64,000 nucleotides of DNA from Ostrea edulis. Its lineage: Eukaryota. Positions 49,673 to 61,251 of this stretch are shown here, piece after piece; position 1 is the first letter of the stretch; the number at the start of each line of letters is the position of its first letter. The translations under genes were made by a program, and so were the position numbers. Below the pieces are notes generated by a model. That model did not search any database and had not been told where the DNA came from. It was given only the letters and a program-made list of their open reading frames with translations. The stretch covers positions 19,902,001-19,966,000 of the forward strand of contig NC_079167.1 of assembly GCF_947568905.1 (NCBI RefSeq). Direction: 5' to 3'.

Positions 49673-50121
49673 CAATCTCTACCCAGAGTTATCGTTCCTT
49701 ACACTCACTTACACCCCTGTAAACGTCTCGGGGGGGGTTTTACAAGATTTTTGTAAAATGGCACATATGATCAAATAAAGTATGGTTTTGACTTCAGTTA
49801 CAAAAATATACGTAAATAAATAAATATTGAGCAGATGTCAAGTCTTTTTGTGACACAAGAAGCATTGATTTGGGTTGAAACGTAGATATTTGGTAGTTCT
49901 ATTGCACCAGGCCTATACATAGGTACATGAAGAATATATAGTAATGGAAAAAAAATATACAAATAGTTGCTTGTCCTACATTTTCCAGATATTTTATAAA
50001 ATAGTTCTTAGTTTTATTAGCCGTAAAAAAGTGGATTTACATGTGGAATAAAATTGCTTATTTTGAGACGTTAACAGAGGTGTAAGTGAGAGCAAGGAAC
50101 GACAACTCTGGGTAGAGATTG
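49673..50121. mobile_element. 449-bp MITE with ~55-bp TIR, CAATCT...AGATTG termini and 10-bp TSD; arm 2 only
   Basis: TSD gtacatcatt / gtatatcatt; empty site in arm 1 at ~30450-30465. Confidence 0.88.
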
Positions 50122-51000
50122 GTATATCATTCTGTACAACACGTGCACCGGAAGTTTCCAAACATTTCCAAAGGGCACTAACTCTGTATTATCAATTAGG
50201 GGGGGGGGGGGTGCAGACGAATGATTGAAAGAAAACTGAGAAAAAGTTATAAAAAAGGATTATTTTTTTTTAAGCGAAAAAAGAAATTTCAAGAGAAAAA
50301 ATCTTTCAAAATGCGAAGAAAATAAATTTAAAGATCTATATTAAAACCATTTCAAGAAACTTCTATGAGAAAAACTGTATCGATCTTTAATATCAAATTC
50401 ATCTCGCACATGAATATAAATATCTGGGAATTATTTGCACTTGTAACGGTAAACTTGGATATGCAGCTGAACAGCTATCTGACACAGGCATAAGAAGTAA
50501 CGGATACAACTACACCCACCCACCCCACCCTCTGGCTTTTTTTTTTTTTTTTTGCTGCCGCTGCGATGTGTGGATTCAATCGAAATACACACAGGCAACA
50601 AATAAAATGTACTTAACACCGCCCTTGGCTATCTTGTCCTGTAAAGAGTGACAGGACTGAATTGTCACATTTTTCAAGAAATTTGATATAAATAAAATGA
50701 TTGTGCAGGAGATCGCCCGTTTGCACCACAGGGGCTAGCTAAGCCCGTTTTGGGTCCCCCCCCCCCCCCCCCCCCCCAAGTGGTTGAGTAAATCAACAAA
50801 ATTAAACCAGTTAGGCCTATATAGAGTAATTGTGGAAAAAACCCAAGTTGCTGTCTTTTAAAAAAGGGCTGCAATGCGTGGACCATAGACATGTCTTTCT
50901 AACAGAAACTTGATATTCTAGGGTGAAAATGTGTGTAGTAACCATTAATGCTACAATATCCACTAATGATATAAAGTTACATTAGTGGTCAGGATCCTGA

Positions 51001-51149
51001 CAATCTGATTAAAATAAGATCTTTGATCCGCTCCGTTATTCCAATCTGATTAAAATAAGATCTTTGATCCGCTCCGTTATTGTTATGTCGCTACACAAAG
51101 CGACATAACAATAACGGAGCGGATCAAAGATCTTATTTTAATCAGATTG
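51001..51149. mobile_element. Foldback MITE (108-bp palindrome plus 41-bp duplicated left arm) with 9-bp TSD GGATCCTGA; arm 2 only
   Basis: TSD at 50992-51000 and 51150-51158; same family as 16412-16512; empty site at 28996-29025. Confidence 0.88.
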
Positions 51150-52381
51150 GGATCCTGACTACTAATGATATAATTATACCATTAGCATACTACCCTACCG
51201 TCCACTAATGATATAATTCAAAGATTATATCATTAATGGTCAAGATCCACGTCCACTAATGATATAAATAAGTACCCTCTTGGCCACTAATGATGTAAAT
51301 AAGTACCCTCTTGGCTACTAATGATGTAAATAAGTACCCTCTTGGCCACTAATGATGTAAATAAGTACCCTCTTGGCCACTAATGATGTAAATAAGTACC
51401 CTCTTGGCCACTAATGATATAAAATCTGAGATTCCAAAAGTGGATGGTTTTGCAGCAACAACTATAGAAGTAATTTTCCATCATATATACACGCATGTGT
51501 GCGTTGGTGTGTGCTTTAGAACATATCAAAGTCTGATGGCTAGCCCGAACAAGTGTTACACTAATGTTTTCTTTTAATATGACATAATGAACAAAAGGCA
51601 TTCAATTTTGTAAGATCAGTAAATACGTCCACGGGCCTTATGTCTCACCTGAGCAGCTAATAATTATGTTGTCAAGAAGCATTGGTTAAGACAATTTGAA
51701 CAAATGTAAACGTTACATTTTAATGACACACACACACATCTTGTCATATGTCATACAAAAATGGTGATTTTTGCTCCTTTTATATTCATTAAATACTTGG
51801 AAAGTTTTGTTTATAGTGCCCGCCTCGAGTACACCATTTGTTAACTTTTAGATGAATGTGCTGACGTCATAATGCTTCACAGTATTAGAGTGAGAATGAG
51901 GACAATCAAGAGGTATAACAGTTAGAAAACAAATTTAATCCACATTAGAACACCATGAACATACATAATACGTTTGTAAAGTACCAACATATCAGAACAC
52001 CATGAACATACATAATACGTTTGTAAAGTACCAACATATCAGAACACCATGATCATACATAATACGTTTGTAAAGTACCAACATATCAGAACACCATGAT
52101 CATACATAATACGTTTGTAAAGTACCAATATATCAGAACACCATGAACATACATAATACGTTTGTAAAGTACCAACATATCAGAACACCATGAACATACA
52201 TAATACGTTTGTAAAGTACCAACATATCAGAACACCATGATCATACATGTAATACGTTTGTAAAGTACCAACATATCAGAACACCACGAACATGCACATA
52301 CATATAATACGTTTGTAAAATGCAAAAAATCCTTTAAAATCATGTTTCTATCTCCATAATTTTCAGAATGTCTATTTTTTT

Positions 52382-53263
52382 TTAAAATCCAAGAAATCTG
52401 AGAATGCGATCCCTCCATGTTCTCCGCGATCTCGCCACACGGGGTTCTTCCGCAGGAGAAAGCCCCGTGGTGCAGAGGAAACTACTCGGTAAAGGCCTTG
52501 GTTTCATGGGTTTGGTCTTCTCTTCTTTGTTCTTGGTGGAATCCTGGGTATCTGGTGCAAGTTTAAAGGTTTCTATACTGGATAGAAACAGCTTTCGGGG
52601 AATAAACTTGGGTATATTCCCTGTTTCTAATGCAGTAAGCTCTCCGGGTTTGTCCAATCCACTTTTGGATGGCTTGGTTTTCTGTTTTAATTCTTGTAAT
52701 TTAACAGGTTTCTGTAGACACTCATTTTTCATTTCCTGACTCGCATCTGAAGTGTTCACATGTTTTGTTTCTACCATAACTCTGCCGTCATCCTGGTCTA
52801 GTTTCTGGGATGTTGTATCTTGGAGATCTATTGCACATGCCTTTTCGACAATGCTCAGGATATATGCTGCGACATCCTCTGTTTTCATCTCAAGTTCTTC
52901 GCCACTGATCTCAGAAACAGAATGTGTGATTCGTCCGTTCTTTGCATAATTCAGTATTGCCCGTCCGCTCTCGATGGTTGTCTTGTCTTCTGATTCTTTC
53001 TCCAGCACTGCCTCTCCAGTCTCCATGCTTGCCTCAAACACATTTCTCTTCTTTATTTTCTTCGGCATGTGTAACTGCACGAAATATTCATCGTCAGCCC
53101 ATGACGGCAGGAATGAAGAGACATTTGCATTTGCAGCTTTTAAAACTTCAATTTTCGAGATGGTGTCCTTAACCTGTTCATAAGGTACAAAGTCATTTTC
53201 CAAATCCTTGTTGTCTGCCATAGAACGGGAAACTTTTACAGAAATCATCTTTTGATTTTCCAT
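52382..53263 (-). CDS. Intronless uncharacterised protein, copy 2 (293 aa from ATG)
   Basis: Paralog of 26878-27765: 11 amino-acid substitutions, and a stop two codons earlier (ends RFLGF). Confidence 0.7.
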   Translation of the reverse strand: MENQKMISVKVSRSMADNKDLENDFVPYEQVKDTISKIEVLKAANANVSSFLPSWADDEYFVQLHMPKKIKKRNVFEASMETGEAVLEKESEDKTTIESGRAILNYAKNGRITHSVSEISGEELEMKTEDVAAYILSIVEKACAIDLQDTTSQKLDQDDGRVMVETKHVNTSDASQEMKNECLQKPVKLQELKQKTKPSKSGLDKPGELTALETGNIPKFIPRKLFLSSIETFKLAPDTQDSTKNKEEKTKPMKPRPLPSSFLCTTGLSPAEEPRVARSRRTWRDRILRFLGF

Positions 53264-54004
53264 TTGCGTTACTTTTATCGAACGTATCGCCTCCAAGCAA
53301 GCGCACAGTATTGTTTATGTTTAGTCGCAAGGGTGAATGTGTTACGTATTACACATTATGACGTGCTGTACATTGTGACGTTATAATATTCAATGACGCT
53401 TAGATATTCTCTGAAAGAAGAGCATACACTTTCTCTCCCCCAACATTTTCTAGATCCGCGCCTGTATATATATATAGGGGTGGGGAAAGGGGGAGGGGGT
53501 TACAGCCGTATTTTATTACTATTTCTGTCCAAGTTGTAATACAATGAATCCCGAGAATTTTAGAAGTAATCTAGGGAAGAAAAACAGACACCTGGAGAGA
53601 TCATGTGATGTTATAAATATAATCAGGCGCGTTGTATTGCATCGTTTATTGTAAGGGGGCAGTCAGAGAAGAAGTTGGTTTTACATTTGTCTGAAAATTC
53701 TTATCTTACAAAATTTAGAAATGAAATCAAACCTTTAAATCCTAAGTTTTTGGGGTAGGGGATAATGGTTGATCGTTTTTTTCAATTCATCGGTTTTAAA
53801 TTTCCACTACATTATCTCTGTTTATCACAATGTGTCGAGTTTGTAATAAGCTTCCAACCTGGACACTGTTTAGTTTGGGAACAGGACTCGCAACAAACAC
53901 ACCGAATACAGCATGAGGTACTTGTGTTTTAATAGTCAAGGTTGCTAACATTAGAACATTTTATTTTCCAATCAAGGGCCCTCAAATACATACAAATAAT
54001 GTAC

Positions 54005-54342
54005 TATAGGATTAAACATTCTTTTGGAAGAATTTATCGATGTGTAAACTCCGGACATTTTACTCACAAACTGAATAAAAGTGCGAAGCACTTTTATGTT
54101 AAGTTTGTGAGTAAAATATCCGGAGTTTACACATCGATAAATTCTTCCAAAAGAATGTTTGATTCTTATAATTCCAATTCATTGACTTTATTAACAATTG
54201 CAAAAATTTGAATAGTTACCCGCACTATGTTGTTTGTTTTCAGGCGTGTATGAATACATCGCGTTTTCGGATTTATTGATGTGTAAACTCTTGTTCAGCT
54301 TTATTTTTGTCCAATCAAAACAATTGTAATAAATAAGATTGG

Positions 54343-54350
<8 letters not shown>
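54005..54350. mobile_element. Arm-2-only insertion: ~165-bp palindrome plus a 184-bp element with tataattccaat TIRs
   Basis: 54014-54084 and 54088-54160 are near-perfect inverted arms; absent at the arm-1 site (~26060-26072). Confidence 0.75.
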
Positions 54351-54387
<37 letters not shown>

Positions 54388-54472
54388 AGTAAAGAAAGAA
54401 GTGATTACATAACACATAGTTATATACAAATACAGTGTCATATATTGTTCAAAATAAATTTTCCAGTTATAT

Positions 54473-54770
54473 TTAGAATAGATGGCTCTTCAGAACATAG
54501 TATGTAAATGAATTTTTGTTCATCATTGAGTTTGGTAAAAAAAAATTAACTGTTTTTTCTATAGCACCACAAAAAGATTTTCTTTCATCAACAAACTTTT
54601 CACATTTAATCAAAAAATGAATCGCATCACCTAATAAACCGGAGTTGCATTTGTTACATATTCCTTCATTCCTAGTAATACCAGAATATCTACCAACTTC
54701 AATCATTAATTTATGAGCTGATATCCGTAACTTACAAATAGATCTTCTAATATAAAAAAATAACAAGAAC
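54473..54770 (-). mobile_element. Non-LTR retrotransposon 3' fragment, arm-2 copy
   Basis: RRSICKLRISAHKLMIEVGRYSGITRNEGICNKC...HFLIKC. Confidence 0.75.
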
Positions 54771-55397
54771 TTGTATGTTTTTCTGAGTGAAAGGTGTTGA
54801 CAAAGGCATGGTGCATTTTACGAAAAACCGTTGTGAACTTTCCAAAACTTTAAGGCCAAACAAGGTAAATAACCGTCAAACAGTTTGAGTGGATAAGATG
54901 CTATGTATTCCAGTAGCAAATTGCTATAATGGTGAATCAATGTTATCAGGTGCATGTACTTCGAATTACATGCACATGTATGTTGAATTTTATTAATGCG
55001 CAATAAACTTCCCATATTTTGTTTTGAGGTCAGAGTTATGTACAGTTGCCAACTGTTGGTTGTAGTCGAATTATGATACATAGAGTGTACATGTAAGAGC
55101 TTTTAGACTGTAGTAGTACAGAATATTAAATATTTGATACACTCGTAACATGTATAACCATATACATTGTATCTGATACTCAGGGGGAAAAAAGACAATT
55201 TAATTTTCAAAAATTATGTTTAGACTACATGTATATTGTATTGACACTAAAATGTATTAGGCTTGCCCCTAGTACTGGGGAATCCTACAGGTATTTAAAA
55301 GGCAAATACGCCATGATTAGGGAACATTCCCGCTTAAGTGTAACACTCTCTTTTAATTAATTAGATTGCAACTTATGTCTTCTGGGTTTTTTCTTTG

Positions 55398-55440
<43 letters not shown>

Positions 55441-55913
55441 GTTTTGTTTTTGTCTATATGCTGCAAGTCTGTTTTTTAAAAATTACCACAATGTGTGGAA
55501 TTATCCGGACCAACTCTATTTCAAGACTTGTTCGTGTAGTTCAAAGACTAAGCAATGCAATTTCTCGTATTTTTTCAATCTCTGTTGGAGCGATTTCAAA
55601 GTCGATCTTTAAGGGGCAGTGGAAAATGTATAGTATGTGTAGCATATACTATTTTCCTGTACATCTTGTTCGTAGTATCATTTACAAATCCGTAATAACC
55701 ACGCCGCGTATTCGAACACTAAAAACCGAATACTAAGAATCGGGTTGGACAATAAGAATCGGGTCAGGCACTAAGAAAGATTTGGGAAAAGTACACAATA
55801 TTCACTCCCCGCGATCGTATGTCGCGATGTTCACAACAGAAACGAATTGATCAATCATCTTAACTGTAACCGTGCTTTGCTCTAGCGATATCTTGAATGT
55901 TATAAGTGGATAT

Positions 55914-56047
55914 CAGGGGATGCTTACTCCTCCTAGGCACCTGATCCCACCTCTGGTGTGTCCAGGGGTCCGTGTTTGCCCAACTATCTATTTTGTATTG
56001 CTTGTAGGAGTTATGAGATTGATCACTGTTCGTTATCTTCACCTTGC
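55914..56047 (-). mobile_element. 134-bp fragment of a common oyster repeat; arm 2 only
   Basis: Reverse complement of the 63710-63860 family; replaces 3 nt (tag) of the arm-1 site at ~24527-24531. Confidence 0.8.
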
Positions 56048-57082
56048 ATGTACACAGCCGTTTTATTATCAGATGAATGAGAAGAATGTAAGCTCGCTTG
56101 AAAGCTATGAATTCAAAAATTGAATTGTAGTGAAGGATGACCTCCTTCCCCCAATTTAAGATATCGAAGACTGATGGAAAATTGAAGCAGTTAAAGCTGA
56201 TGAGGAACTTAAATCCCCCCTCCCCCCGCAATTTTTATTTGTTTTGCTTGTCAATAATCTTATACGAGTGAACTTCCTACTACTTCTAACACCACCACCA
56301 CCACCACCCCTCCCCTCACCCCCCCCCCCCCCCCGAAAAACGACTTGACATGCCAAGGTTGAATAAGATTTCCCATGAACATCTCCATAGGAGTGAAAGA
56401 TTCTCGAACGGGACGTTAAACAATATACCACGCTTTCGTTAGGCCTACCTGTCTACATGCAATATTTATGTAAATATATTTTTATCTTATTTATTCATTA
56501 ATCAAGATGCCTCAGGGGGCATATATAATTCTAACAGTTTTGTTTAAAAACATTATAACTACATGATACAATATACACATATGCACTATTTACATTCTAC
56601 ATTGACATATATGTATTGAATTGGCTCATCACAATACTGATTGAAAGTATGCTCTACAAGTGTGCTATATGGGAAGTAAAGTAAAACAATATTATAAAAT
56701 GTTTCACAAACACAGCGGGTATACCAAGGAGTGTTGCCTGAGCCAAGTCATTGAGACTGGCAGTCTTATACCCTAAGTGTTCGAGACAGCATATTTATAG
56801 TATATACAATTAAAAATAACCACACGTACCATATGAACACATGCATACCATATAAATAAATATATGTGAATATTCAAGCTATTTTATGGTCTGTATTTAA
56901 TAAATCGCATTTTAAAAGATTGATATTGAAATGGATAGAATATAAACTGTCTGTCAAATTGATAAGTAACCTTATATAGTAAAGTGTTTTTATATAAAAC
57001 GGCGCGAGTGCTACCATATTGATAATTTTGATATAAAAAAACCCATCAAACTTCCGCCAGAGTTCGTTTGCTTACTATTCGT

Positions 57083-57164
57083 TAGTCTGGTCCCCGCCCC
57101 CGCCACTCATTGATCATTCCCAATAAGGAATGATCAATGAGTGGCGGGGGCGGGGACCAGACTA
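57083..57164. promoter_or_regulatory. Perfect 38-bp-arm palindrome with GC boxes upstream of F-BAR/SH3 copy 2
   Basis: tagtctggtccccgcccccgccactcattgatcattcc, loop caataa, ggaatgatcaatgagtggcgggggcggggaccagacta. Confidence 0.55.
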
Positions 57165-57271
57165 CGACTGATCAATTTATGAGACTGACGTCATAGATAG
57201 TTCTACGTCATAATTATATTTTGTCACAATTAGTCAACTAGTGTTGCTGTTAACCCGATTGGCTGTTAACC

Positions 57272-58750
57272 ATGGCTGATACCATTGATTTTCATTTGGT
57301 AGAAGAAGCTATTAAGCAAAACAAACACACTATTTATCTACAGGAGGCTGTAGGTCGGATAATACAGATTCGCGCTGAAGCAAAATTAACCTATGTACAA
57401 GAGATTGAAAATTGGAGGAAAGGCTATCCAAATGAATTGCTTAAAAATGTTGGCGGCAATCTATTCCAATCACCCTCGTCTGGGGATGAAGACCCCTTGA
57501 CAGAAATTCATAGAAACATCTATGATAAACTCATGGCCAGTAGTGGCCCCTATCAGAAAGTCCTACAACACACCCGACTGGAAAAGGAAAGATTGACAGA
57601 AATAGAAGAAGAATTTAAATCGTACAACACACAGCGGGAAAATCTGGAAAACGCTCTCACGAAACAGAAGCACTCAATAGACAACATGAAAGCCCTTTTA
57701 ATCAAGTTGGAAGGAAAGCTTTCCAAGAACAGGAAAAGACAGTCTGCCAAGAGCGCGCGTAAGTTAGATTCCTGGAACACAGAGATGTCTGATATCCGAA
57801 AACACATTGAAACATGTTCTGCATTATGTATTGAAGATGAGGCAAAGTTACAGTCTTTAATCATTAGTAAGAAGAAAACCCTTCAGATGATGTTTCGGGA
57901 ACTCAAGGAATTAGACAAAAGCAGGTTTAGTAGGATTCCTGATGTGATTTTACAGTATGTGAAAAATATCGTTCCGCAATATGACCTCATTCGTAAAAAT
58001 GCACGTGAGGCATTTGAATGCTTCCAAAACCAACAAGAGATTGATATTCTTTCAATTCATAATCAGAACTGGATTCAAACAGAAGAAAGGGCTAGACTTA
58101 AGAAGGCGGGGCTCGGTACGGGGATTGATGTATTTTTAGTGACTAATCCTTCTGTGCACTCGGAGAATGTTAAAGAGGAGGGAACAAAGGCCAGTAAGAG
58201 ACAAATGGTCCCATCACATCCTTCTACACCCCATCGGCAGCAAAATCCACCACAGAAAAATAGCCCTCACAATGCCCAAAACACAACAGCCACGTCTCCC
58301 AATTATGATACAGTTCTGAGAAGCTCACTAATGATGAAATTACCCTCATCGTTAGTGACTGAATTTCATGAAGATGATGTAGAAACAATAAAACTACCAG
58401 GCGAATCATCTTGTCGTCTGCCAAGTCCATTCCCCGTCAAAGAATTTTGTGTTGATAAGGCAGAACCAACTAAGACAATTAAAGACAACGATCCCTGCAG
58501 AAAAGCAGGAGATTATTTAAAGATGAACGACGATATTGGTGGAATGCGTAACATCCGAGTTATTGCTACGACACGTTACAAAGCTCGAAGTAGCAAAGAA
58601 CTTGATCTTAAAAAAGGACAAGTTATAAAACAAACAATGGGAGTAATGGGAGGTACCGAGGAACGATTTGCGTATGGTTGGACGCGAAGAAATAGATTAT
58701 CAAGGAAACAGTATGGGTGGTACCCCATCAGCGTCGTGTCACGCAAGTAA
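57272..58750 (+). CDS. Intronless F-BAR + SH3 protein (divergent PACSIN/syndapin-like), 492 aa, copy 2
   Basis: Paralog of 21857-23338: 22 amino-acid substitutions and one in-frame codon deletion; SH3 core identical at the protein level. Confidence 0.85.
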   Translation: MADTIDFHLVEEAIKQNKHTIYLQEAVGRIIQIRAEAKLTYVQEIENWRKGYPNELLKNVGGNLFQSPSSGDEDPLTEIHRNIYDKLMASSGPYQKVLQHTRLEKERLTEIEEEFKSYNTQRENLENALTKQKHSIDNMKALLIKLEGKLSKNRKRQSAKSARKLDSWNTEMSDIRKHIETCSALCIEDEAKLQSLIISKKKTLQMMFRELKELDKSRFSRIPDVILQYVKNIVPQYDLIRKNAREAFECFQNQQEIDILSIHNQNWIQTEERARLKKAGLGTGIDVFLVTNPSVHSENVKEEGTKASKRQMVPSHPSTPHRQQNPPQKNSPHNAQNTTATSPNYDTVLRSSLMMKLPSSLVTEFHEDDVETIKLPGESSCRLPSPFPVKEFCVDKAEPTKTIKDNDPCRKAGDYLKMNDDIGGMRNIRVIATTRYKARSSKELDLKKGQVIKQTMGVMGGTEERFAYGWTRRNRLSRKQYGWYPISVVSRK

Positions 58751-59268
58751 AACTGCCACAGTTAAAATTCATGATAAAGTACATTGTATCTAAAATATAT
58801 TATATGAAAAAAAAAAAAAGTTTTTCAAGCATTGAAAGTTGTTATCACATGTTATTATTTTATTTAATACTTTTACTAATATGTATGTTGGAACACGAGG
58901 ACTTGATGCCGTAAAAAATAGCAAACAATGCTACATTTTAAAAGATAGTATCTTTTTTTACAATTGTTTTTAAACGGAGCAAGTCCCTATGGTCGGAGCA
59001 AGTCGTTATGGTAAAGTACTCGCATCGGAACAGAAACGGCGAGAAACCCAGTGGGAGCAGGAGGGGAAGATCATATATATTTGATTAATGACTTATAGGT
59101 GAGTACAAAAGCCTATTAGAAGCATTTGAAACGTTTTTCAACCCTTAATTGGCCCCCAGGGTGAAAATGAAATTCCTGAAACCACATTGCACATCTACAG
59201 GACACCATCAATCATCTTCCAAAAGATGATTTGTCTATTGGGTAAACTGTATGAGTTCTGGGAAACAG

Positions 59269-59314
<46 letters not shown>

Positions 59315-59959
59315 TATATACACGTTGTTTTTTTTTACTACTATTTAGACTCCAGGTTAAAAATGAACATTTTTTTAACATGTCGATTAATCACTTGATT
59401 ACACGTATTTAATATTACCGACAATGTTGCATGCAAAGGTATTTCATGTAGTAGAAACTTTCAGGAAAATTAAATGACGTACATGTCTTAAAACATCAAC
59501 ATACATTTTACCATAACTTCGATTTATTGCTATGAAGCAGAATTTATTTTTAAAAAAGTGGGGTCAGGCGTCTAGAAGGAGTAAGTCCATTATGTTTATT
59601 TGGCATATAACAACAAAGTGGTTAATTCACTTTAAAAACTACAATTTTTACGGGTGTCCGCGCCGAATGGTACCTTTCTAGTTCAAGTGTTTGACCGGAA
59701 CGTCCATTCTCTCTCTGTGTGTGTGTGTGTTGACCTCGGACCACGGATCGCTCCAGTTACCATGTTGTTTGACCTTTAAACCAAGACAAAATCAGGAACC
59801 AATGTGCTTGTGTGAGATAACATGTCTTCAAATGCCAATGGAAACACTGAATATCTTATTTGATAATACAAAACCGTAAATAACTTTCATGTCAATAAAG
59901 GAAATCTGATGATATTTACAGGATAGGTAGACATTCCAAAAATCTACAGATCGATGTCT

Positions 59960-60640
59960 TAAAAATTGCAAACGCGCGTGCGCACGCACGTGTATTGTCT
60001 TTTGAAGGTTCAATTCTTTCAATGGCCATAACTTTTTAAATTTTTGTCAAAATCATTTGCAACTTGGGTTGAATATGTATCTTGGGATTCTTAAAAATTG
60101 TATATAGTCATAATTACTATCCAGCACGTGCATGCACGTGTGCTAAATTCTGATTGGACGATTTTCAAATCGCCATCACTTTCTTATAATTGATGGAAAC
60201 AATATATTTATGCTGTAAGTATATCTATCAAATGTCTATTGAACAACACCAACAATGATGCTCATTCCTACTCATGTGCGCGTGTATGCACGTGCATAAC
60301 TTTCCTTTCATTTTTCGAGTACTAAAATGGCCATAACCAATGAATTAAAACCTCAAATGAATTCAAATTTACCCTGCAGATGTATGATATGAATGCCTAT
60401 TGAATGGTGTTAACAAAAATTCCATTATTAAAATCGTGTGCACGTGAATGCGCGTGCATTGTAATTTTTGACATCAAAATTCAAGTATTGGTCTATAACA
60501 TTTTTAGATATGTTTTGGGCCCTGCATTCATTGATGGTGTCAAAATCACTTCCCCGTACATCCATGCACGTGAGCTTAAATGTATTTATCATAGATGGAT
60601 AATACCTATTGCATGTTTGTAATAAATTTATTTCTTAACA
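59960..60640. repeat. Degenerate repeat element with recurrent gcacgtgc and aatggccataac motifs
   Basis: Motifs recur at irregular intervals; lies just outside the arm-2 outer breakpoint. Confidence 0.45.
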
Positions 60641-61251
60641 TATTAATCATGGTGTCAATGCCAACCTATTATTAAATTGCAGTTGCTTTCTCTAGCTAAC
60701 AAAGGTTCAATTTTTCCCATGCACACTAAGGTTGTTACACTATTCACAATTACACTCGATGCTTATTAACTTCATTAATTTAAAAATAGAATAGTAATTA
60801 TACTGTTTTTTATAGTCATACCACAATTAGTGAAAAGTTTATAATAATTTTATCATTCTAACTTCTTGAACTTTCCATGCTTTGTATATCTTGAAAGACA
60901 AACCAATCAATAAAAAAAATTGTTGTAAACTTGTGATTCAAACGTCAATAAAAAAAATAACACTCTGTAAATGAGTGCATTTTGCACATGAATACAATAT
61001 ACAATACTTCTCACAACTCTGCGTCCATACACGTGTTGTTCAGTCACTGAGAGTACAATAACATAAACAGAACAGACATGGTTTACAATATAATGATCCA
61101 AACAAAAAGGTAGAAATGAGAGTTTTTCCTGTTTTCTCCATTAATTTAAATCGCTCAACATTTCCACAAAATCAATTAAGTATCAAGCATGATATACTTT
61201 GAATTCAAAAGTAGAAGTAATCACAGAACTTGGTTATGTATACACAGATTA

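Larger units (their letters stand above)
49483..59859 (-). repeat. Inverted segmental duplication, arm 2 (~10.4 kb)
   Basis: Reverse complement of 20744-30647 with four private insertions. Confidence 0.97.
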
